A DNA stretch of 64,000 bases from an uncultured virus (IMG/VR IMGVR_UViG_3300002231_000541) (taxonomy: Duplodnaviria; Heunggongvirae; Uroviricota; Caudoviricetes), in the IMG/VR virus record IMGVR_UViG_3300002231_000541, positions 1 through 64,000 of that record; one strand, 5' to 3'. Of this stretch, positions 38,583 through 51,517 are shown one piece after another (the first letter of the stretch is position 1; each line of letters begins with the position of its first letter). The position numbers and the translations under genes are program-made. The notes under the pieces are model-generated. The model ran no database searches and was not told the DNA's origin. It worked only from the letters and a program-made list of their open reading frames with translations.

Positions 38583-38777
38583 ATGCAATTAACAGATCAA
38601 GCTTTAGGGGCCGTAATGATGGCACTACAAAAATCACTTATGGAGCAAACCGATATTGTTCCTGTCCTACAGGGGTTCGTATTTACCGAAACCAACGATG
38701 GCTTAGTGGTAGAAAATCCACCCATTTTAGATTTTGGAGTTCCCGAGACCATCGAAGAGGATAATGCCGAAGTATAA
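38583..38777 (+). CDS. hypothetical protein
   Basis: AAGGAG RBS, 64 aa. Confidence 0.8.
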   Translation: MQLTDQALGAVMMALQKSLMEQTDIVPVLQGFVFTETNDGLVVENPPILDFGVPETIEEDNAEV

Positions 38778-39024
38778 CTATTATTGCAAAGATTGTGATG
38801 AGTACTTCGAGATTAGACACTCTATGACAGAAGTGTTGGATAGCTGCGTCTGTTGCGAATCCGGCACTTTTTCAAGAATTCCCTCCATTCCTTCGTATAT
38901 TAACAAAATCATTGTTACTAAGGATGAGCGCCCTGGCGCAATAGTAGAGGATTATATCAAGCAAAACAGACAATCAGTTAAAGAAGAAAAAGAACGATTG
39001 AAAAAACAGGAATATAAATCATGA
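38764..39024 (+). CDS. FmdB-like zinc-ribbon protein
   Basis: MPKYNYYCKDC..FE..HSM...CVCCES. Confidence 0.85.
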   Translation: MPKYNYYCKDCDEYFEIRHSMTEVLDSCVCCESGTFSRIPSIPSYINKIIVTKDERPGAIVEDYIKQNRQSVKEEKERLKKQEYKS

Positions 39025-39329
39025 CACTATCATTAATAGTATTGTCGGTTTTATTAGTGTTGTCAGGCGCCACAAATTTATTTCTTATGTGGTTTGTATT
39101 TAAGGCCTCTCGACAGATAAGACTATATGATGACGAAATAAGATCTATTTTATCCGCAATTCAAAACTTCAATAATCATCTCAATTCAGTACACGAAATG
39201 GAGATGTTTTATGGAGATGAGACATTGCGTAATCTCATTAGGCACTCGCAAGATATTGTAGAAGTATTTAATAATTATGATTTATTTTCAGATACAAATG
39301 AAGAGGAATCATATGACAGCCAAGCCTAA
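39021..39329 (+). CDS. membrane-anchored hypothetical protein
   Basis: N-terminal TM helix followed by a coiled segment. Confidence 0.75.
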   Translation: MTLSLIVLSVLLVLSGATNLFLMWFVFKASRQIRLYDDEIRSILSAIQNFNNHLNSVHEMEMFYGDETLRNLIRHSQDIVEVFNNYDLFSDTNEEESYDSQA

Positions 39330-40026
39330 AAAAAGAAGAAGAATTAGAAGAAGTAAGAACTCAAGAAATTATTTCACCAAAGTTCACGAAGACGCGATTA
39401 TTGAGTTTAATAATACTGCCGATTTCAAAAGAAGAGAGGTTTTGTATACAACTCTTATTGGCCCAGCTTTAAACGAAATGGTCGATAAAATCGTCTTTAC
39501 TTATCGATTTACCAGCCTTCCTAATATTGATTCTTTGCGAGATGAATGCAAAATTTGGCTCGTCACCATCTTGGAGAAATTCAAACCAGAAAAGGGATCC
39601 AAGGCTTTTTCTTATTTTTCTGTCGTAACCAAAAACTGGTTCATCCAAAAGGTAAAAAAGAACAAAAAGAAGAATCAACGCGAAATCGAGTTTGAAAATT
39701 TATCTAAGGATATGGAGCTGAAATATGTTGCCATAGAAAATGAATATGATGACCAAAGAGAGAAGGATGAATTTTGGCAACATCTAAAGACAGAAATAGA
39801 GACTTGGGATACCGCTAATTTAAAAGAAAACGAGAAAAAAGTACTTGAGGCGATAAAAATATTAATTACCAATTGCGATGATATAGAAATTTTTAATAAA
39901 AAGGCTATTTATTTGTACATGCGAGAACTGACTGGGCTGAATACCAAGCAGATTGTAAACTGTCTCAATAAAATGAGAAAAAAGTATAAAACCTTTAAGA
40001 CCAAATGGGACAGAGGAGACACATAA
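39313..40026 (+). CDS. putative phage RNA polymerase sigma-like factor
   Basis: KFKPEKGSKAFSYFSVVTKN resembles sigma region 2 (KFD..KG..F.TY); C-terminal HTH-like RELTGLNTKQIV. Confidence 0.6.
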   Translation: MTAKPKKRRRIRRSKNSRNYFTKVHEDAIIEFNNTADFKRREVLYTTLIGPALNEMVDKIVFTYRFTSLPNIDSLRDECKIWLVTILEKFKPEKGSKAFSYFSVVTKNWFIQKVKKNKKKNQREIEFENLSKDMELKYVAIENEYDDQREKDEFWQHLKTEIETWDTANLKENEKKVLEAIKILITNCDDIEIFNKKAIYLYMRELTGLNTKQIVNCLNKMRKKYKTFKTKWDRGDT

Positions 40027-40323
40027 ATGAGCGATTTAGAGAAATATATAGCGGAAGCAATTGGGAATATTCGTAACGACCGAGACATAACACGACGTTT
40101 ACTCGATGATGTCATGATTTATTTAAGTAAAAGCGAAGAGCGTCATCGAGAAGTGGGCATTACAGCCGCTAAATATGTGGAAACGCTCCAACGATCTAAC
40201 GACCAACTGGTCAAAATTTCCACCCTCCTTCAAAAGAAAGAATCTAATCAAGCCGGCCTGTCGTCGATTGATAAAGATGAAATCTTTGACATGCTCCAGG
40301 GCTCCGAGGAGGAAAATGATTAG
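40027..40323 (+). CDS. hypothetical protein
   Basis: 98-aa helical ORF abutting both neighbours. Confidence 0.75.
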   Translation: MSDLEKYIAEAIGNIRNDRDITRRLLDDVMIYLSKSEERHREVGITAAKYVETLQRSNDQLVKISTLLQKKESNQAGLSSIDKDEIFDMLQGSEEEND

Positions 40324-41715
40324 TGCCTTTAGATCGAAATAACGCATACTCCCTTCCTTATGAACTAAATAACCGGTCCGAAGCCTCTTTGGATTCGAGA
40401 AAGATTGGAGTAAACAAACGAGCAAATGGCCTCGCCGTTGCTAACGAAATCTTGTTCAATACATATGAGAGTATGTCATTTCCGAATGAAGGAGATAGGA
40501 TGAATGGGATGGTCATTGCCGAGCCCAGCAGAGTCACTAAAAGTGACATGGTGAACTTCTTTTCTAATGCCAATTTTCCTCTCGCCGATAAGGACTCTGC
40601 CAATGTTGAAGAATATCTAAAGGTGTACGTTCGTATTCCGAAAGAACATATGTGCATAGGAGTTCCACAGTCATTTGTTTCAGCAATGGGCATTGGAGAT
40701 ATTGCTCTTGCCAAAGACCAGGCGAGTAAGATGAATACAGCCCACATAATAATGCATCCTTACTTTTTTATGCCCGTAAATCCAGAAAAGCCAGAAAGTC
40801 TTATAATCCCCCAAGTGGGAGATATAGTAGAGGTTCAATTTTCTGATACACTTAAGACTCAAGGTTTTTTAACAAAGATAGTTGATACTTGGATTGGCAC
40901 TCCCATAAGTCTGGAAGATTTGCAAAAATCTGCCCAAGAAGCTTTCCAAATGATGAGTACGCCTATAGATTCGGTGTTTAAATCAGACCGAGGGCCCACC
41001 GCAACTCCTTCAAAAGACCCGGGGGACATCTCCAATCTGGCCCCGGGCCCCGATGTTCAAGTTGGAACTGGCGATACAATCCAGACAGTAGTTATTGATA
41101 ATAAACTCATAGACAAGCGCGTAGCTCCCCATGTGGTAGCTATGTACAGGGATGCTTCTGCAGAAGGGGTTCAAATTTACCCACTTACATCTGCTTTCCG
41201 CGTCGGATTTATAGAAGATAATATCAGTCTTGAAGAGTTGAATAAACTCACCCAGGGCACTCGATATACGAACTGGGACGGCGCACCATATCCTAAAGCA
41301 ACCCATGTTCCTGCATCTCAAGAAAGATTGCGCTATGTTAACTGCGGGCCCAATGGCATGGATCGCGATGCGAAGTGCAGAATCGCCACCGGATACCCCG
41401 TTCGCGCCGGAGCCTGGAAAGGAAAACAAAAAAGCGGCCACATGATGGGCAATGGCATCGATGTACCTGTTGGTTCATGGGGCCGGTGGCCCAAGTTCAA
41501 AAATAAAGTCCGCTCGCCCGGATCTCTTAACTAAACAATATAGGTGGCTCTGCTTGAATGCGTGGAAATATGGATTCATCCGAACGGTACGATCAGAGCG
41601 CTGGCACTGGGAATATCTCCCGGGTAAAGGTCAGTTTTCCAGAGTTCCTCGCGACAATCCTCTTTGGGATAGCCAATTTAATGAAGCTTTCGCAACGTAT
41701 GAGGAGGGCGAATAA
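40323..41715 (+). CDS. baseplate-associated protein with a C-terminal M15 (VanY-like) peptidase (indel near 41520)
   Basis: PQVGDIVEV OB-like segment; SAFR, SGHMMGNGID, WL..NAWKYGF and ERWHWEY motifs. Confidence 0.75.
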
Positions 41716-42659
41716 TGAAGTCAGTACGCCAAGTTGACAACCTTTCAACTACATTACAGGAAAAAATCGATCTATCCTCCACAACAGGTCTAAATGGCAA
41801 ACACATGCCAGAAGCTATACCTAAGTTTGACCGATCGGATAGCGAAGTAGTATATCAAAATAAAAACAACGCAAGCATTGTGCTGGGAAGAGACAGGCCC
41901 GGAAATAAATTAAGCGGCTACGGCGGAGCGGGACACTCCAACTGCGGACTGATAGACTTGGTGGTGGGCAGGATGTCAGCCGTACCTAATGGCCCGGAGG
42001 GTGATAAATTCTGTAACCCCAGTATGTCCGACGACGCCGCACGCATCTATATATCTCAAAAAACAGATGTGGATAAAAACTTTGGAATAGTTCCGGGTTC
42101 TGTAGGGAACTTGGAAGCCAAATCAGCCATCGCGGCAAAAGCAGATTCTATCCGTATTATTGGCCGAATGGGCATAAAACTGGTGACAGGTACCGATCAA
42201 AAGGATTCTGCTGGAACTGATCTTAGTGCAGTATATGGTATCGACTTAATCGCAGGAAATGCAGATGAAAAATATACACCAACAGGCTTTCCAGGAGAAA
42301 TATCCCCACTCCAGCCAATCCCCAAAGGCGATAACCTTGTGGGTTATTTAGAAGAATTGTCTACAAGAGTGGACGAGCTGTCGAATATATTAGATACTTT
42401 TATGAAAATTCAACAAACGTTCAATAGTCTCACGGCCAATCATACCCACCCAACATTACCAACAGCTCCATTCTCTCCCGGCTTAACACTAGCATCTCCA
42501 GCCCTCCAGATTGCCAACCCATCANTGAACTCATTAAGTGCAAATTTTGTCAAAGGGCCTAATTATAGCAATAGGATAAATATTTCAACTTTAAACTCGA
42601 ACTATCTATCTCCATCTGGCCCTCTATACATCAATAGCCGCTACAATAGGACGACTTAA
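41715..42659 (+). CDS. putative baseplate spike / gp5-like protein
   Basis: Beta-repeat-like body; C-terminal PKGDNL..L and HTHP motifs; baseplate context. Confidence 0.55.
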   Translation: MKSVRQVDNLSTTLQEKIDLSSTTGLNGKHMPEAIPKFDRSDSEVVYQNKNNASIVLGRDRPGNKLSGYGGAGHSNCGLIDLVVGRMSAVPNGPEGDKFCNPSMSDDAARIYISQKTDVDKNFGIVPGSVGNLEAKSAIAAKADSIRIIGRMGIKLVTGTDQKDSAGTDLSAVYGIDLIAGNADEKYTPTGFPGEISPLQPIPKGDNLVGYLEELSTRVDELSNILDTFMKIQQTFNSLTANHTHPTLPTAPFSPGLTLASPALQIANPSXNSLSANFVKGPNYSNRINISTLNSNYLSPSGPLYINSRYNRTT

Positions 42660-45600
42660 TGACTCTTTTAGAGAAAGACATTACCAATCCGGACCCTGAT
42701 GCTCCATATATAGATTGGACAAAGAAGAAAAATGGAGCAGTCTATTATGATGCCCAGGATTCAAAGTACTATGCAGTTTTGGTAGATAAGGATAAAGATT
42801 ATCCCCATCCCACCAATCACGCCTCATACTTACTTTTGGGCCAAGTGGCTGCACAAAACTTTCTCATAGACCAAGAAGTAAATTACGCCACAGCCACCGA
42901 ACGGGCGAACTTAATTTTCGATCATATCGTAAAGCTGGCCGGGTATCATGTCCCTACCAGGGAGTCGCTCCCTAATAAGATTCGATTTTCCATTACTCCA
43001 GAAAATTATAAGCTCCTAATAGACCAGATGGCCCCAAGAGCGGGCACTAATCCAGAATCAGGAACGGACCTTTCGCAAGATGTGCGGTGGATAACCATCG
43101 ACCCCTCTCAATATGACACCATGTTTGAGAATCTTGTGAAGACTTTAGATGTTGTGGGCAGAGCTTATGAGTGCGCCTTTAGAAACGGAACATATAACGT
43201 GCCTAATTTGAGATTCGGAACACGAATCAATAAGGTAAAGAAGTTTCAAGCTAAATTAAAGGACATCCTCTCTAACGCACTCGGATCTTCATGGGAAAAA
43301 AATTCTACCTCTTTAGCTTTGCGCCAGTCTTTCACTAAAGAAAAGCCATCTTTTGATCAGGTGTGGACCAAGAACGTTTTAGAAGAATGGATTCAGGTAA
43401 AAACAGGCGCCAAAAACATGGGCAAGAAAGATCCATTCAACGACATGACGACAGTCAACTTTGTCCTTAATGCCCCACAAATTGCTAGAGACTTCTTGTC
43501 CGACAAACCCAAGGATTATAAAACATTTATTGAACAATATTATGTCCCTACTCCTCAATTCCCTCAAGCTGATCCGCTTGACCCCCTCCAGGGCGCCTCT
43601 ACTCTCTTAGGTGCTTTCGGATCAAATGGGACTGGAGCTGCATCATGCGCTTCTAATTTTGTCGGATCTTTTCTAGAAACAGTTCCTGGAAATCAAGTTT
43701 CAGGCCAGCTTACTAAGTATTCGGATTGTGTGGAACAACTTGATTCGTCTACATATTATGACCGAACTGGCCGCAACAAACTTAAGAAAGTACTAGACGA
43801 TCCTCGACTCTCTTCTCGACGAGTCGCCGACGCACTCATGACTACCGTCGATGAAATGGATCCCATAGTTGAGCAGCTAAAGATTAACATAGAGGAGTCT
43901 AAAGACCTCAAAGATCTTTATATAAATGTCTTAGATCCACTTGGTGTGGATGGGTTCGCCAAACTATTAGCATCAGGACTCCTCCTTCAGATCAAATGCT
44001 TGACTCTTGATGCGGTTGTCAAGCAAGTATGCTTATCCGCCCTAGAGGTCACAACCAAAGTACAAATATATGAGCTGTACAAGAATGTGGTCTGGGATTC
44101 AAAAACGGAGGACTCTTCGCTCCTACGGAATTTTCTATTTCCTGGGAATCATATTCGGGCTTTGTGCCACCAATCCCTCCGGTAGACGAAGTGTCGCCAG
44201 AAACCTTTACGGCACCTCCGAAAAGCAATATCCCAGCAGAAAAACCCCAACTTTCTATTGGTATCCCATCATTATCAACAGATCCCACGGTACCCATGAT
44301 AAGAACGACTTTCATCAATATGGTGCAAGAAGATCTAGTTTCTCCTTATGAGATGATAAAAGAGATATTTAAACACTCCTCTCACGGGAGATGCAGGAGT
44401 ACTGGGCATCGTACTGGGTATTGATAGTGGTTATGCGCAATTTTAAGCTTGGAAAAGTGGCCCCGATTACGATGCCATACATTCCTCCCATCATTATCCC
44501 GTCTTTGGGTGATGTAACAAAGTTGGCTATTCAATTTGCCAAACAGGCTCTAGAGAGAGCCGCCACTGCCATCGCAAAACTCTAATGATAAGTGTCCTTG
44601 ATGCGATTTTTAGTTTGTGCGACGATCCCGCAGCGGCAGGAAACATATTGGGGTCTACTCCTGGAGCCATGGTTGATATTCTAAGAGGTGAGATTTGCTC
44701 TCCGCGCGCCACCAATGATGAAGTTGCTCAAGCTACAAAAGAGTTGCTAGATTCCTTTTCTGTGTGGGAGGTAAACTCTCCATCGGAACGCCCTAATGCC
44801 GGCGATGTCCAAATGTTTGCAGAAAGAGTATCTACCTCTACCAGTCCTCAACAAATGATAAACTTATTTAATGGTACTGCTTCTGAAGGAACAGTCAGGC
44901 AAGTATCTGAAGCTGTCCAAATCGATGTCAAACAATAGAGTAAAGAATGCCCTAGCATCGGACGCAGCTATAGAAAATCTACTTTGCCAGCTTGGGAACT
45001 CTTATAAATCGAAATGCGTTACAAGCCCAGCATGACCTAGCAGGAATTCTAAATACACCAACTGACCCTCAAATCTGCGCAGACCCATTCCAGATAGTAG
45101 CCGAAGATGAAGCAACCAGGGCCGCACTTTTGGCTAAGGGCCTCAATGATGATCAGATCGCCGAACAGATGAAAGCAGCTACAGAGAGGGCCCTAGAGAA
45201 GCTTTCCGATACTGCCAAGACTCTTTTTGCACCCGCTGCAGCAATGGGCACCCAATCAGGAATGCCAATCAAGGAAACAGCCAACGGCCCAGTCATCAAT
45301 CCTGTATCGACAGACCCTACGAAAGATGATGGCCTCTTTCCAATGCAAGATGAATCTACTAAAGATTTTAATTCGCAACTCTTCAACTCGGCTTATGACT
45401 CCCTTGACAATATGGTTATGCAAGATTTGATGATAGGAAATCCTCTCAATATGTTTAGTAAGGGATTTTTGGACATGATTTTGTCTGCGAATAACGGAAG
45501 GGGCTATACTAGGATCGCGGGTGAGATCCATTTTGATAAAGAAAATGAAAAGAAATTTTATTCAAAGTTTAATAAAGAAACGCCACCACAAGTATCGGAC

Positions 45601-47766
45601 CTTTATGACGTTTTTAAATCTCCCTCTGATTTTGTAGAAGTAACCTCTGAAAATATTATAGCTACCTACTCAAAACCAGAAGAGCCCCCATCAACTGGGA
45701 CTACGACCTCGACTACTTCTCCTCCCATAACCAAGCTTCAATATCAACTAGGAGGGCCCCTATTTATTGATTACAATGCTTCAAGCGGAGAATCTCTTGA
45801 ATATTCCATAAATATCAATTATGCGCCCTCTCCGGCAGCCCAGGATGTGATTACCTTGGTATCACCCTCGTCCAACGCTCCCCGAAATATATTAGCCAAT
45901 TGGTGTGCAAGTGCACTGGATGATTATCTCCAATATGATGAATCCTCTACAACTGAAAGGTCTGCCTTTATCGAGGGTACTAGACAGTATGTAGCCGACA
46001 CGCTCCATCGACAAATAATCGATAATGTGCTGGGCGAGTATTTTAAAAAATCTGTGGACACCATCGGATCATCGAATTACGACGCGTGGGAATATGGAAA
46101 CCGGGAGCCCAAAGAGCCTGAAATCGTGGAACTCGAAGACGATCAAGGGTCATTTTATGTTAAGGCCTGTACCCAAGATTATAAAGGGTGGATGAATGTT
46201 TATGATAATGCAATCCCACTCTCGGCTGCTCCCACTAGAGAAGTGCCGTTATTTAACTTTGTTGATATTAAAGAAGAGTGTCAAGAATACTATGATACAG
46301 TCCCTGAAGATTTAAGAATGCAGGCAACAGCCTTGATGTTAAAGAAATATTCAGAGCCTCCTTTTTCTAGAATCAATACACGAATTAACAATGCTATGCT
46401 GGCTGGAATAAACAGCGCTGTGTCAAGACTATCTTTATATGACGCTTTAATTAAAGGGTCTCCTTTTTTCCGATTATATGCAATGAACAAAGAGAATTAT
46501 GGAGATTTATTCCTATCTTATATGATTGATAGTGTCATAGAGGAGGTTTTGGACGAAAGCCTGAAGATGGGAACAATAAGCTTAAAGCCTTTAGGAGTCC
46601 AGGGATATTATTATTTATTTTTAGAGCAAGTTGTGCAATCCTATTCCAACATGATTAATACAGGGCTTGTCGCAGGCACAGCCGATGGTACACAAGCTTT
46701 AAGGTTTTTGAATGAAAAACTACAACAAAATTGGAAACTAGACATCAAGAGCATTAACCGAACTGCTAAATTTAAAGACTTCATTGACACTTCTTTGCCT
46801 CAAATAAAGATTATTTTAGGGGAAATAATTTCTGTTCAAATGGAAAAGGTAACGGAAACAACTAGAAGAGTGTTTAGTCCAAAAGCAGAGAGTCTCAATA
46901 AGGATATTATGGAGAAATGGCTCGAAGGGGGTACGAAATCGTCTAATTTCGGCCTTAACCCAGCGGGTCCACTAATTACACCAGTAGATCTGTCCGACTT
47001 TTTCTTGAGGAGTGGAGATCTAGATTTTCCCTTTGTTTTGCAAAAATATATAAGACTAGTTAATGCTGATGGGGTATCTCAAACCGTAAATGCAGACGAA
47101 TTAGACGAAGATTTAATCAGTAAAAATGTGGAGTTCTTTTTTGGAACACGCATCGCGATCGCGATGCCTCTTAATTATATAAATGAATTCAGTTCCAAGA
47201 CGCAATCCTATATTAAGTCAACCCTAACTAAGCAATTTGATGAATCACGATCTTTCATCACTAAGGATGAAGACGGTAATACAAGATATCTCATACCTCT
47301 TTTTTCCAAAGAGATAGAGTCAACAGATACAGAAATTACGAGCATACCCCCACAGTTGGACTTGAACGAAATGATCCTATCTTCTGGAGAATTCGAGGCA
47401 TTATTTAAAAATTCGATTCCAATGTCAGGGTTATTATCTTTTGCAACTATTTATACAATAGAGAACTTTGTAGAGTCTTTGGCAATCAAAGAAAGGGATC
47501 AAGGATTTCAAGCATTTCGCTTTTGGAATGGGGATACATTTGCTATGTCACGCGAATATCTTAGAAAAATGGCTCAACAGGCATACTATGCGCGCTCGGC
47601 AGAATATATTAACCAAATCGCGATTGATCTTTCTGCGCCGATTGTGACCCCCAATGCGGCCCTTGGAATAGGTAAATCTGCTTTAGAGGCCAAAGTGCTT
47701 AGTAAATTGCCAAAATGGAAGCGAAAGAAGAAAAGACCGGCTCCCCCCGATGTCTGTGAGGATTAA
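42659..47766 (+). CDS. very large virion structural protein (~1700 aa, split by indels)
   Basis: Fragments 42659-44185, 44164-44424, 44391-44585, 44585-44938 and 44992-47766 are contiguous across frame shifts, between the spike-like and gp25-like genes. Confidence 0.55.
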
Positions 47767-47769
47767 AAT

Positions 47770-48171
47770 ATGGCAGGAATATCACCTAAATTACCACTAA
47801 CAGTTACTCATGTAGATGGGACATATGGATTAACTAAAACAGTCAAAGAGGCTATAACTCAAGACTTCAAATTGCTGCTCCTCACAAACCCAGGCGAAAA
47901 AATGATGGATCCGGCCTTCGGAGTTGGCCTTAAAAGGTTCTTGTTCGAACAGTCGGGAAACCAAGTTTTTGCTGCTTTAACTTCGCGCGTCATATCTCAA
48001 GCCCAAAAGTATCTTCCCCAAGTCGAAATCGACAAAATCCTCTTTAATGAGTCGGCGGTTGACGATATACAGGCATCAGATTTGATGGATAACAACATCA
48101 TGTCAGTTACAATTAGGTTCTCAATTAAGCCTTTGAAGAAAATCGAAATTTTAACCATCCCATTACTTTAA
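47770..48171 (+). CDS. baseplate wedge gp25-like protein
   Basis: LLLLTNPGEKMMDPAFGVGLKRFLFE..YLPQV. Confidence 0.9.
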   Translation: MAGISPKLPLTVTHVDGTYGLTKTVKEAITQDFKLLLLTNPGEKMMDPAFGVGLKRFLFEQSGNQVFAALTSRVISQAQKYLPQVEIDKILFNESAVDDIQASDLMDNNIMSVTIRFSIKPLKKIEILTIPLL

Positions 48172-48177
48172 AGGTAC

Positions 48178-48185
48178 CTAATTAT
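48178..48185 (+). promoter_or_regulatory. putative phage late-promoter motif CTAATTAT
   Basis: Upstream of the baseplate wedge gene; recurrent motif. Confidence 0.55.
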
Positions 48186-48203
48186 TACAGGAAATAAAAA
48201 TCA

Positions 48204-50003
48204 ATGGCCACAAAAAAANCCCCAATAAAGTATACGAGTAGAGACTTTAGCACCATCAAGCAGGACCTTATTAATTACGCAAAGCGAAATTATTCGGAAA
48301 CCTATAAAGACTTCAATGAGGCCTCGTTCGGCGCCCTAATGCTTGATACCGTGTCTTATGTCGGCGATATTCTGTCTTTTTATCTAGATTACCAAGTTAA
48401 TGAATCATTTCTCGATACAGCAGTAGAATATCAAAATGTCAAAAGACTATCTCGTCAATATGGGTTTAAATATACTGGTTCTCCATCGGCAACAGGCATT
48501 GCTGACTTTTTATATTACAGTTCCAGCGAACTCAACCGGTATGGGTCCAAACCTAAGTTATGCACCTTTACTAAAAGCAGGCAGCCAGTTTGCGACAAAT
48601 GGCGGATCGCCCTATTTATTGATAGATTCGATCCAGTTTGATAGTCCCAATAACGAAGTAGTTGTGGCAAAAGTGAATAACTCTACAGGTATCCCCACTT
48701 CTTACGCCATTCGTGCCAAAGGCCGAGTCATATCTGGAAAGATGGTGCAAGAAACATTCGCAGTAACCGACTATCAACGCTTCCGCCGCTTATTTTTATC
48801 TTTGACCAAAAGTGGCAGAAGTAATCTCTGTATTCGATTCGGATGGGAATGAGTACTACAATGTAGAAAACCTCTCTCAAGACGTAATTTATAAAGAAGT
48901 GGCCAATAGAGGTAATAATAGCGACACGGTTTCAAGTCTTTTAAGGCCGTTTTTCTGTACCTCGACGATTTACAGTTGAAAAAGACGGACCCATGACTTA
49001 CTTACAGTTTGGATATGGATCCGAAGACGAATCTTCCTCTGAAGCTTCTGTAGCAGAGCCTTCAAGCGTAGTTTTAAAAATGAATGGGAAGCCGTATATT
49101 TCCAATATGAATTTCGACCCATCCAAATTGCTAGAAACCGATAAATTCGGAGTAGCACCAGTTAATACTACTTTAACAGTCAAATATAGGGTAAATATGG
49201 TCAACAATGTCAACGCTCCAGTGGGTACATTGGTCACTGTAAACAGCGCTGATTTTTCATATAAAAATGTACGCCAACTAGATACGAGACTTATGTCGCA
49301 AGTTAATCGATCGATCGAGGTATTTAACTCCGATCCCATTATCGGCGATGTCATGGAGCCCACTTCAGAAGAGCTTCGAATCCGAACGCTCGACTCGTTC
49401 GCGACCCAAAACCGTGCAGTAACTCAAAAAGATTATGAAGCTATGGTATATGCTATGCCTACAAAATATGGCGCCATAAAGAGATGTAGGATCACTAGAG
49501 ATCCGGATAGTTTTAAGAGAAACTTAAATTTATATATCTTATCGGAAAATGCAGACGGCACCCTCACTCTGGCTAACTCTACTCTTAAACAAAATTTAAA
49601 AACGTGGCTTAACAGCGTCAAGATGATTAACGACACCATTGATATTATTGATGGAAGAATTATAAATTTGGCGATTGACTTCAAAGTAATCGCAGACTCG
49701 GATAAAAACAAGTACGACGTTCTAGATGCATGCGTCCAGGCCCTAAAAACCAAGTTTAGGCAACCTTTGTTGCTAGGAGAATCCTTTTACATTACTGACG
49801 TCTACACTACTTTGAATGATGTGCAGGGTGTAGTAGACACCGAGAGTGTTCACGTAAGCATTCGTAATGGCCTAAGCTACTCCGACACACGATTCAATTT
49901 AAACGATCAGAAGTCAGCTGACGGTCGATATATCAAGGCTCCGGAAAATGTCGCCTTTGAGATTAAATACCCAGGAAAAGATATAAAAGGAACAGTTAGA
50001 TAA
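48204..50003 (+). CDS. baseplate wedge gp6-like (baseplate J) protein, split by indels
   Basis: YTSRDF..IK, DFNEAS.G, YVGDILSFYLDYQ.NESFL, LQFG.G and QNRAVT.KDYE motifs. Confidence 0.9.
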
Positions 50004-51517
50004 TGGCTATTAAGAAATATTTTGCAAATGCTGACAATACTATCACGAACGCTTTTCGAGCGAACCTTCGAACTCGTGGCATCGATGCCAATATGGGTGC
50101 ATCAGATGTATTAGAGACTTTTTCAATCTACGGACAAGCCTCTTCAGGCTCTACGGAGCTATCGCGCATCCTGATTAACTTCCCAGTTGATGAAATAATC
50201 GCCGATAGAACAGCAGGGGCTCTTCCTGACGCAGGTGAGGCCAAATTTTATTTAAATCTATATAATGCCAGAACTAACCAGACTGTGCCTCGCCATCTTT
50301 ACTTGTCTGTACATGCTATTTCCACGGCATGGCAAGAAGGCACCGGCCTAGACATGTCTGAATATAAAGATATTGTGGCCCAAGGAGATATTGGGTCCAC
50401 ATGGTTATCAGCCTCTAGCACTACAGCATGGACTAGCATGGGAGGGGATTATTACCCGTCGCCTGTATATAAGGATTTTTTCGATACAGGGGTTGAAAAT
50501 CTTTCGGTAGATATCACTTCTCTGGTTGAAGAATGGATTGCGGGAACAAAAGATAAATTTGGAGTAGGAATACATCTCACCTCCAGCCAAGAAGCTTATT
50601 ATTCAGGTTCAGCCGGCGCCGATAGTCCCGGAGGTCAGTTAAATAATCTCTCCGGATCCAAGACTTCATATTACACCAAAAAGTTTTTCGGCAGAGGTTC
50701 TGAATTCTTTTTCAAGCGACCTACGATTTCTGCTAAGTGGGACAGTTCCAAAAAAGATGACCGAGGTCAAATGTATACAGAAAGTAACCTCCTGTCAGCA
50801 GCAGATAATACTAATACTCTTTATTTATATAACTCCCACAATGGAAGGCTAAAAGATTTACCAGCGGTTGGAACAGGCGCCGATGCGCTTACTGTTTAAG
50901 ATTTTTAATTGCTGCGGCAGGAGGAAGTCAAATTACGACAACCACTCCAGCCCTCGTTACTGCAGGAAGAGTGTCGACAGGGGGTCTACACCGCGTCATT
51001 CGTTATAGATTCTACAGCCAGCATAGGATATGATAGATGGTACAATCCAGCACTTACACAAGTATACCATTACGGGTAATTTTTATATCCGCGAGCGTCA
51101 GGCCAGCACTTATAGCCCTTACCCCAACTACGTCACCTCTGTTACCAATCTGCGCCCTGTCTATCATGCGCATGAAAACCGCAAGATTCAGATTTTTATG
51201 TGCGCCAAAAAGATTGGAGCCCAACTATTTATACAGTAGCAACTACCGAAATGGATACTTTGATTATAGAATCATCATCTTATCAAATCCATCGTTTGAT
51301 TGACAATACAGTTGTCATTCCTTTCGACACCGGTAGCGATAAGAGTACTGAAATGTCGTATGATGTTAGCGGAAATTACTTTGATTTAAGTATGAATCTA
51401 TTTGAGCCAGGATATTCCTATGGGTTAAAGGTTTCGTATTACGACGATTCCGTGCTAAGCTATGTAGAGCAACCCAATATTTGGAAATTTAGAGTCGAAA
51501 AACTGGAACCACAATGA
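50003..51517 (+). CDS. virion/baseplate structural protein (split by indels)
   Basis: DNTITNA..ELSRIL..WQEGTG..DITSLVEEW..KKFF.R; fragments continue to 51517 with an ATGA overlap. Confidence 0.7.
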
